From Candidatus Korarchaeum cryptofilum OPF8 (GTDB lineage Archaea > Korarchaeota > Korarchaeia > Korarchaeales > Korarchaeaceae): 32,000 nucleotides of DNA. Both the position numbers and the translations under genes were made by a program. Below are positions 25,493 to 32,000 of this stretch, piece by piece. The first letter of the stretch is position 1. Every line of letters begins with the position of its first letter. Under the pieces are notes generated by a model. It was given only the letters and a program-made list of their open reading frames with translations. It had not been told where the DNA came from and made no database searches. The stretch covers positions 690,001 through 722,000 of the forward strand of contig NC_010482.1 of NCBI RefSeq assembly GCF_000019605.1, given 5' to 3'.

Positions 25493-26740
25493 TCAAGTTG
25501 ATCCGTAAGAGAGGCTAGCGAGCCTCTTCAGTAAATCCGGAGACTTCGTGTGTATGGGCTTCACATCCTTGGGCCTCACTACGCTCATTATACGCGTCAG
25601 CTGATAGGGATAGTAGTGGCCCGATGCCCTCATCCTGTAGTGCTGCACCCCCATGGCGGAGAGCCAGTTAGCTATCACATCGTATTCCAACGCCTCCTCT
25701 ACCTCAGGCTCCGGCTCAGAGAGTACCGCCACGGGGCTCCTCATAGCAGGGCGGAAGCTCGGATCCCTCAGTAAATCTACTATCTCCCTGTGGGAGGTAA
25801 GTATGAAAGAGTTCCCTCCTATCTCCTCAAGGGAAACCTTCTCCCTCATCGTCGGATATCTCACGAAATCCTCAACAAGATTTATCTCAACGGGGGGCTC
25901 TGGTATCCTCTCCAGGAGCTTAGCTATTTGAGCCGATGCAACGTAGCAATCGAATCCGAGCTCCTTCGCTATCTCGAGAATGAGGTAAGCGTACTCGAAG
26001 TCGAGACCATGGAGTGTGAATAGCATGGGAGCTTGAGAGGATTTTTGGGAGATAGCGATCCTCCTTATCATATTTGCGACATCATCCGGTGAGATAGGTG
26101 TCCTATTCGACCCTACATTCGTCCCCTCTATTATGAGAGTGTCCACTCTCACATCCGGATTCTCCCCCAAGTAAGTGAGGAGATCCTCGCCTATTAGCTC
26201 GAGGAACCTCTCCTCCCCGAGGAAGCCGTCGACTCTGAAGTCCCCTGTGTAAAGAATCGTCCCCTCTCTGCCGAAGTACAGGAATGCGTATGCTGGATAG
26301 GCGCTGTGGGATACTGGAAGTGGAATCACACCGTTTTCATCCTCTTCTAAAGGTTTTATCTCCCTTATCTCCAGGAAATATCTCCCTGCAACTAGCTGGA
26401 GCCATGAGGAGGAGTTCTCCCATCTCTCCTTCATATCCTCGTATACCGAGAGGCTCGGCAGGTATACGCGAGTCTCCGAGGGTATGTTGTGCAGGAGCCC
26501 CAGATGATCGAGGTGCATGTGCGATATGTATATGCCGCTGGCGTCCATGTACCATTCCTGCTTCGGGATGACCCCGAGTCTCCTGAGCTCAGCTATCCCC
26601 TGAGGCGTTACCTGCATAGAGTAATACCTGCTCATTATATCGAATCTGATCCCCTGATCGAATACAAGAGTTTTATCTCCATCCCTTATCCTTACAAAAT
26701 TCCCACCTATGCTGTTCTCCCCGGACAGTATCTCTATCAA
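25493..26740 (-). CDS. metallo-beta-lactamase-fold nuclease, RNase J-like (MBL/beta-CASP)
   Basis: The 'HMHLDHLG' (HxHxDH) motif is present. The RNase J-like N-terminus is 'IEILSGENSIGGNFVRIRDGDKTLVFDQG'. Also present are 'TLIIEGTNVG' and 'RASGHYYP'. The preferred start is TTG 26740, which overlaps the SNF2 stop and has GGAGG 7 nt upstream. The ORF-track ATG at 26836 adds a non-homologous 32-aa extension lying inside the SNF2 gene. Confidence 0.75.
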   Translation of the reverse strand: MIEILSGENSIGGNFVRIRDGDKTLVFDQGIRFDIMSRYYSMQVTPQGIAELRRLGVIPKQEWYMDASGIYISHMHLDHLGLLHNIPSETRVYLPSLSVYEDMKERWENSSSWLQLVAGRYFLEIREIKPLEEDENGVIPLPVSHSAYPAYAFLYFGREGTILYTGDFRVDGFLGEERFLELIGEDLLTYLGENPDVRVDTLIIEGTNVGSNRTPISPDDVANMIRRIAISQKSSQAPMLFTLHGLDFEYAYLILEIAKELGFDCYVASAQIAKLLERIPEPPVEINLVEDFVRYPTMREKVSLEEIGGNSFILTSHREIVDLLRDPSFRPAMRSPVAVLSEPEPEVEEALEYDVIANWLSAMGVQHYRMRASGHYYPYQLTRIMSVVRPKDVKPIHTKSPDLLKRLASLSYGST

Positions 26741-29673
26741 GGCTTCCCCTCCTTCGGCCTCAGGATGTACCTCCTCTCCACCCTCTCGAATGCCTCCCAG
26801 TTCATGGTGCTGACCGGATCCCTGAACCTGATCCATTCGGGATCGGTCCCTATATTGTAAACTATGTAGAGCCAGTACCTTTCCCTCTCCCTCTCAGCGA
26901 GCTCTGCTTCGTAAGAAGTCAGCTCCCCGTATACTTCAGGCCCCAGATGGCCCTTCACCTCTATTATCCTAACTTCCTTCGTGGATGGATCGACGCTCCT
27001 TATATCGTAGTGCTCCTCCTCCGGGACTACCTCGGGGATCCTCCCCTCATCCCTCTCCACCTTCATGACGATCTCAAGGGCCTTCTTCTCTACCTCCTTT
27101 TTGACTTCCTCCGGGATATCTAAGCTTCCCTTAGGGGGCTCGATGAACTGTATGGATCCCAGATCGTTGGAAGTCCCTATATCGAGGTCCTCAGCTTTCA
27201 TCCAGTTATCCGGACCCCTGAGTCCCTCCTCCTGCAACTTCCTGGAGTAGTTGATGATCGGTGAGAGGAGTTCCCTACAAGATTTCTGGAATTCATTTAT
27301 CACTATGGCCCTCAATTCCACGGAGATATCCGAGTTAGGTATCTCGGCTATTCCAACTAAATTCGAGATCGCTGATGAGATTAAGTCAATGAGTTCGGAT
27401 CCTCTTATGACCTTCTTTTTCTTTAGATCTATCCCGATGGGCTCCTTGTAGAGCAAACCCCAGCTCCTCCTATCCCTTATCTCCACTAGTTTTATGAGCA
27501 CCCTCCCATTTGGCCCGTAGGCCACTAGATTCACCGGAGATGAACTCTTACACTCCCCGAGAAGCATGCCATAGATTGTCCTTAAGCTTGTTACCGCTAC
27601 GGGCATCTCCGATCCCCTGATAACCTTTAGCTCATCCCCTTCCGAGAGAACCCTCAACCCGAGGAAGCCGGATGCTGACTTGAGGAGCTTCTTCATCGAA
27701 TCCATCAAGTCATGATGACTCTCGAATCCGATCTGGGCTATCGTATTTATTATCGCTTCCCTAGTTTTTTGAGCGTACAGCACCCCCTTGGACTTCAGTT
27801 CCCTCTCTATCTCCTGCTTGGCAGCTATTATGGACTCTATTAGGTCGCTCAGGCCCTTCTCATCTTTCCTCAGATAGGTCTCTATTAATTTAGCTTCAGT
27901 AACCTTGAAGAACCTTTTCTTCCCCTTCTCACTCTTCGTCACGACGTAAGGAGGCAGCTTCGTGAGATCCTCCGTTTCCGTATAGAGGATCACTTCCTGC
28001 CCGGTTATAGGCCTCGCGCCCAAATCCGCTCTCTTCAGGTTGAGGAGCTTCTCGTAGATGGATCTAAGCGCAGTGCTATCGGCTTTATTCGCCATGAAGA
28101 GGGTGTATATCTCAACCTCCCTCCTCTGCCCGAGCCTCCACACCCTGCCTATCCTCTGCTCCAGTTTTATCAGGCTCCAGGGGACCTCGTAATTTATCAG
28201 GATATGAGCTACCTGCAGGTTCAGGCCCTCAGCCGCGACATCCGTAGCTATGAGAACTCTAGCCCTAGGATCCCTCTCAAAAGCTCTTCTTATTTCCATG
28301 AATTTCTTCTCATCAGCCGTTTCATCCGAACTGAGTCTGAGGATCGAGCCTTCAGGCCACCCCTCATTCAGGAGCTTTTTCATTATGTAGTCGAGCGTGT
28401 CCTTATACTCGGTGAAGACTATGACCTTCGAATCCTCCTTCACCTCATCCAGCAGGGAAATTAGAGCTTTTAGTTTACTGTCTCCCTCCCTCATTATATC
28501 CCTCGCCATCTCAACGAGCTCCCTCATCTCCTCCCTATCCCTCTCGGACATGAGGGAGGATGTGGCATCCAGGAACTCCTCCATGATCTCCTCGGGATCT
28601 CTTCCCGGATACTCCTGATCCTCATATCCGGTTCCCAAGAGCGTCTCCACGCTGTGCATCAGTTCCTCCAAATTCTCGTGGGCTGTCCTCCTCAACAGCA
28701 GTCTCTCGAGAGTCGTCACAGCGGCATAGGGGCTGGAGGATGCCCTCTTGAATATGAGAACTAATAGGAGGGGGAGTGCCTTCTTGCTGAGCTCCTCCTT
28801 CTCATAGGCGAGATCTCTGAGTTTTGACTTCAGGAAATTGAGAAGTCTATTTATGAACTCCTCTTCATCCTTCCTCACCTTTATAACTGTCGCGTAAAAT
28901 CTGGCCATTGGGAATATCTCTTTTCCCTCGTATATCTTGTTTATCTCCTCCTTCGTCCTCCTGAAGATTATAGCTCCATGCGTCAGCTCATAGAACTGCT
29001 TCCTATCCAACGATCTCCAATCCTCCAGGTAGGGATCAAGGAGCCGAAGCCTCGATATGTAATCTGCGGGATCCCCTCTGTGAGGTGTCGCTGAGAGGAA
29101 TATCACATTCCTTCTGGGCTTTCTCTCTATAAGCTCCCTTCCTACCTCTTTGAATCTCTTCGTCTTCATCCCAAGCTTATGGGCTTCATCTACAATTATT
29201 ATATCCCATGGGACATCCAGAACTTCTTTTATCCTTTTCTCCCTTTTTATGAAGTCCATTGATGAGAGATAGTATCCATCAGGGAACCCCTGCTTTTTTA
29301 GATACTCTATGTTATCCCTCTCTATCTGATTAACTTTACCTATGCCCATCCTCTCGAGCTCCTTCCTCCACTGCGGTATGAGGACCCTGGGGACTATTAT
29401 CAACGCCTTGGATACTCTACCCACTCCTTCCATATATCTGGAGATCGCTAGGGCCGTTATCGTCTTTCCAAGCCCTATCTCATCCCCTATGAGGACTCTG
29501 ACGGGGTTCCTGAGAGCGAGTCTAGCGAGGACTTCGCACTGATGGAGGTAGTGCTGAGGGGGGTCCTCCGCGGAGGTCCGGAGATACGGGTATATCAGGG
29601 GGTGATAGCCCAGCTCATTCAAGAATCCTGAGATGAAGCCGATTACCCCATCCTTGAGTTTCATTACTATCAC
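26737..29673 (-). CDS. SNF2-family helicase with C-terminal DUF3883-like / PD-(D/E)xK-like domain
   Basis: Motif I is 'LIGDEIGLGKTI', II 'IIVDEAHKLG' and III 'FLSATP'. V is 'LIATDVAAEGLNLQ' and VI 'PWSLIKLEQRIGRVWRLGQ'. The C-terminus reads 'HYDIRSVDPSTKEVRIIEVKGH....YWLYIVYNI' (D...EVK, ~26790-27010). The track start is GTG 29673, and ATG at 29664 (MKLKDG) is equally plausible. Confidence 0.9.
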   Translation of the reverse strand: MIVMKLKDGVIGFISGFLNELGYHPLIYPYLRTSAEDPPQHYLHQCEVLARLALRNPVRVLIGDEIGLGKTITALAISRYMEGVGRVSKALIIVPRVLIPQWRKELERMGIGKVNQIERDNIEYLKKQGFPDGYYLSSMDFIKREKRIKEVLDVPWDIIIVDEAHKLGMKTKRFKEVGRELIERKPRRNVIFLSATPHRGDPADYISRLRLLDPYLEDWRSLDRKQFYELTHGAIIFRRTKEEINKIYEGKEIFPMARFYATVIKVRKDEEEFINRLLNFLKSKLRDLAYEKEELSKKALPLLLVLIFKRASSSPYAAVTTLERLLLRRTAHENLEELMHSVETLLGTGYEDQEYPGRDPEEIMEEFLDATSSLMSERDREEMRELVEMARDIMREGDSKLKALISLLDEVKEDSKVIVFTEYKDTLDYIMKKLLNEGWPEGSILRLSSDETADEKKFMEIRRAFERDPRARVLIATDVAAEGLNLQVAHILINYEVPWSLIKLEQRIGRVWRLGQRREVEIYTLFMANKADSTALRSIYEKLLNLKRADLGARPITGQEVILYTETEDLTKLPPYVVTKSEKGKKRFFKVTEAKLIETYLRKDEKGLSDLIESIIAAKQEIERELKSKGVLYAQKTREAIINTIAQIGFESHHDLMDSMKKLLKSASGFLGLRVLSEGDELKVIRGSEMPVAVTSLRTIYGMLLGECKSSSPVNLVAYGPNGRVLIKLVEIRDRRSWGLLYKEPIGIDLKKKKVIRGSELIDLISSAISNLVGIAEIPNSDISVELRAIVINEFQKSCRELLSPIINYSRKLQEEGLRGPDNWMKAEDLDIGTSNDLGSIQFIEPPKGSLDIPEEVKKEVEKKALEIVMKVERDEGRIPEVVPEEEHYDIRSVDPSTKEVRIIEVKGHLGPEVYGELTSYEAELAERERERYWLYIVYNIGTDPEWIRFRDPVSTMNWEAFERVERRYILRPKEGKP
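26738..26752 (-). promoter_or_regulatory. translational-coupling junction (SD + overlapping stop/start)
   Basis: The reverse strand reads 'GGAGGggaagccTTGA'. The SNF2 TGA (26739..26737) overlaps the nuclease TTG (26740..26738) by 2 nt, and GGAGG sits at 26752..26748. Confidence 0.5.
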
Positions 29674-29683
29674 GAATTTGAGG

Positions 29684-29698
29684 AAAAATAACTTAAAA
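29684..29698 (-). promoter_or_regulatory. candidate TATA box for the SNF2 gene (short or no leader)
   Basis: The reverse strand reads 'TTTTAAGTTATTTTT', centred ~27 nt upstream of ATG 29664, in the 118-bp gap after the upstream gene. Confidence 0.3.
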
Positions 29699-29791
29699 GT
29701 TTAGCTGTCCATGGGAAGTGTTGCTATCCTCATTACCAGCGATGAGCTCTCCTCTGGTAGTTAAAGGGAATCGCACATTTTCTAGATGTTT

Positions 29792-32000
29792 TCAGCCTTT
29801 ATGACCCTTCCTCCTCACTAGGAGTTTGAAGATAGCTCTTCCATTCAGTTGAGATAGCACCGCTATTTTCTGGTCATCCAACACCACATGATTCTCGAGC
29901 TCTATGCTTCCATTTAAATGCGTCCTCAATCCGAGCTGGCTCGCTTGCCTTGATATTTCATCTAACTTCTGGACTAGGAACCTCGCTATATCTATGCTCA
30001 CCCCCTCCATTGAGAAGCGTATATTCCCCCCGAACTCAGCATCGATATTCACTTTAGCCTTCATGCCCAGCTTGCTCACATTTTCTATCGCTATTTTCAG
30101 CGAAATTAGATCGGAACTACTTATTGATAGGAGCTTCTCTCCAGAGATGCTGCTATCTATCTTATCTACGTCTCTCTCCTCCTCAGGGCTCAAGATGACT
30201 ATGGAGACGGATTCCTCCTTGAGCAGCCCGTCCGAGCTCACTGCCCTTATCTTCAGGGGAAACCTCCCCACCCTCCTGGGCGTTACCTCCCATGAGACCT
30301 TCATCGGAGGCCTGCCTTTCCCCTGACTGAGCTCCCCTTCCTCTACCTGGAGCTTTATCTCCTCCGAATAATCTTCTACGGGTTCTATGGATATCTCGAA
30401 TACTGCCTTCTCTCCCTGGTTCAATTCCACATGCTTCGGTTTCACATCGAGAACGAAGCCTCTCTTCAGCTCCTCCTCCCTCTTCTCTATCACCCCGGCC
30501 CTCAAGACCTCTTCCCATCCTTCCTGCTTCACCAAGTCCTCGAGAGGTATTCTCTCCCCTCCAATCTCTACTTCGTACCAGATCCTCTTCGTTACTCCGT
30601 TCTTCCGCACACCGCTTTTGGAGAGGAGCTCCTCCTTCATCTGCTCCGCAGCCCTCTTCCAGGGGAGTATCACTGCTGTATCCCTCAATCCCTTCGGCCT
30701 CTCAGCGCCTGAGGATCCGATTCTCTTCCAGTAGAGTCCCCCCTCTATCTTAATCCCTATATCCAGTTTATCCAGGCCCTCGAGGAGGGCTTCCTCAACC
30801 GCTTTTTGCGTAGTGAAGGGAGCCGCTGTATTCGTGTAGAATACATCCATGATTTCCTTGAACTCGAACTGCCTGTCTCCATTCACTAAATCCCATCCGA
30901 GATTGTCCTTAAGAAAATCGGAGATATCCTTGAATTCCAGTTTTGTCCTGAGCTTCGGTCCAGTTCTCGGGTCTTTGAGCGCCGCTTCCACCTGCGATAT
31001 GAGGTAGGAGGAAGGGCTCGCTTCCACGATCTTTATATCGTTCCCCTCCTTCCCCTTGTATGGGTAAGCGACCTTCGTTAGGAGGGAGAGTATCTGCTGC
31101 ATCAAGTATCCTTTGTTTTCATTAATGTAACTCTCCAACTTATTACTCTGGATCTTTATTATGTCCTTATCCGTGTAGTACTCGCTCAGGTTTTCCTTTA
31201 TTTCTTCAGCTGCTTCTATCTTCGCTACATATCTGAGCTCATCCTCTAAGTTCGATTTCGATGGGAATACTACTGCTATCGTATTTGCATATGTTCTCTT
31301 TCCTCCTCCGGGTTCTCTCAGTATTATATTCCTCAGCTCCTCCTCACTAACATCCGGTTTTACCATTACGACTAACCTCAACGATTTCTCGTCCCTCAGT
31401 TCTCTCCCTATGTCATCTCCATATCCCAGTGTAATCACGTTATTACTGTCAAATACCTCGCCTGATGGCTTCTCTCCCTTCTTGCGGGTTCCGGATGTGT
31501 CTCCTTTAACATGACTTTTTACATAATTGACCAGCTTCCTGTGGAGGTCGAGGATCGCGCCTCTCAGCATCTCATCAGCTCTCCTCTCTACGTACTCCAA
31601 GACCGATGGATAGGGCGTGAACCAGAACCTGTTCTCCTCCCCGGTGAAGTGGGGGAGTTTGACCAGCATCTCCTCTACCGTGGCCTCTATATCTGGTGGC
31701 TGAAGATCGCTTGATGAAAAGCTCTCGGGATCGTAGGTCATCAAAGCTATGTCCTTCAGATCTGGGAATACTTTTAGAGGCTCTTTGAATGTTTCATAGG
31801 TGTAGGTCTTCAATAATACGACTGTAGCTATCTTGAGGGCGAGCGCTGGCTTTGAGCAGTTCGCGATAGAGCCGAGGCTTCCATCCTCGGATACTATGTC
31901 CCTGCTCGCGACATCCCTGAAATTCTTGTAGCTCTCTGTGAGGACCAGGTTCCTTATATCCTTATCCCTCAGGTCTATGTGCCACGGCATTATGAACTCC
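29792..32000 (-). CDS. large protein (>=732 aa; frame still open at window edge), tentatively the non-ATPase part of a DUF499/BrxC-like protein plus an Ig-like beta-sandwich region
   Basis: The 2.2-kb frame is uninterrupted, and the three codons upstream of ATG 31990 (EFI) contain no stop. 'RFWFTPYPSVLEYVERRA' and 'GGGKRTYANTIAVVFPSK...LRYVAKIEAAEEI' resemble conserved DUF499 segments as I remember them. No Walker A is present in the visible part. Residues ~520-620 ('FVLDVKPKHVELNQGEKAVFEISIEP...FPLKIRAVS') look like a beta-sandwich. Confidence 0.5.
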   Translation of the reverse strand, partial: EFIMPWHIDLRDKDIRNLVLTESYKNFRDVASRDIVSEDGSLGSIANCSKPALALKIATVVLLKTYTYETFKEPLKVFPDLKDIALMTYDPESFSSSDLQPPDIEATVEEMLVKLPHFTGEENRFWFTPYPSVLEYVERRADEMLRGAILDLHRKLVNYVKSHVKGDTSGTRKKGEKPSGEVFDSNNVITLGYGDDIGRELRDEKSLRLVVMVKPDVSEEELRNIILREPGGGKRTYANTIAVVFPSKSNLEDELRYVAKIEAAEEIKENLSEYYTDKDIIKIQSNKLESYINENKGYLMQQILSLLTKVAYPYKGKEGNDIKIVEASPSSYLISQVEAALKDPRTGPKLRTKLEFKDISDFLKDNLGWDLVNGDRQFEFKEIMDVFYTNTAAPFTTQKAVEEALLEGLDKLDIGIKIEGGLYWKRIGSSGAERPKGLRDTAVILPWKRAAEQMKEELLSKSGVRKNGVTKRIWYEVEIGGERIPLEDLVKQEGWEEVLRAGVIEKREEELKRGFVLDVKPKHVELNQGEKAVFEISIEPVEDYSEEIKLQVEEGELSQGKGRPPMKVSWEVTPRRVGRFPLKIRAVSSDGLLKEESVSIVILSPEEERDVDKIDSSISGEKLLSISSSDLISLKIAIENVSKLGMKAKVNIDAEFGGNIRFSMEGVSIDIARFLVQKLDEISRQASQLGLRTHLNGSIELENHVVLDDQKIAVLSQLNGRAIFKLLVRRKGHKG

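Noticed and set aside
29904-30734. Plus-strand ORFs of 93-140 aa and a 111-aa out-of-frame minus-strand ORF inside the large 29792..32000 gene
   Set aside because: They are Ser/Leu/Pro-rich or Gly/Arg/Glu-rich translations, opposite or out of frame relative to a 2.2-kb uninterrupted ORF.
1-32000. Screen for CRISPR arrays, tRNA/rRNA genes, IS elements or integrases, and DNA methyltransferase motifs
   Set aside because: I saw no regularly spaced 25-40-bp direct repeats and no tRNA T-loop/acceptor patterns. I saw no DDE or tyrosine-recombinase-like ORFs and no DPPY/NPPY- or FxGxG-type methylase motifs in any long ORF. This was a by-eye scan only.

Overview
This 32-kb segment is a mosaic and looks archaeal, though I cannot name the organism. 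The archaeal signs are TATA-like boxes about 25-30 nt upstream of starts, GGAGG-type SD sites, AGG/AGA/ATA-rich codon usage, an indolepyruvate:ferredoxin oxidoreductase remnant, an L13e-type module and dense VapBC-type cassettes. (i) 0.6-8.3 kb holds GC-rich minus-strand genes: an anchored parallel beta-helix surface protein with a duplicated domain, a DDAH/amidinotransferase-fold enzyme, and a 1405-aa fusion of a TM helix, a DEDDh exonuclease and a RecQ helicase (WRN-like architecture). (ii) 8.4-16.1 kb is an AT-richer accessory and decay zone. It contains a VapBC pair, a frameshifted iorA remnant, an AbrB antitoxin with a PIN remnant and a compact PD-(D/E)xK (Cas4-like) nuclease, a PolB-type exonuclease remnant, a TumE/DUF6516-like gene, a truncated ABC ATPase, a retropepsin-like protein with N in place of the catalytic D, and DUF3795-like remnants. 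(iii) 16.2-17.5 kb encodes an ABC-2 exporter pair. (iv) 17.9-25.4 kb is a markedly AT-rich island with an overlapping two-gene operon. The first gene encodes a ~700-aa orphan protein ending in a ribosomal-protein-L13e-like module. The second encodes a ~1610-aa DEAH helicase with several zinc ribbons and a C-terminal DUF1998 domain (DrmA+DrmB / DruE-like). (v) 25.5-32 kb is a convergent GC-rich operon: a large, tentatively DUF499/BrxC-like protein (possibly continuing off-window), an SNF2 helicase with a C-terminal DUF3883 / PD-(D/E)xK-like domain, and a translationally coupled RNase J-like MBL nuclease. Blocks iv and v are the best candidate for an undescribed defence island related to DISARM and Druantia. 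I recognised no methyltransferase, CRISPR array, tRNA/rRNA or transposase in the window. All family assignments come from reading motifs by eye and need profile or structure searches.
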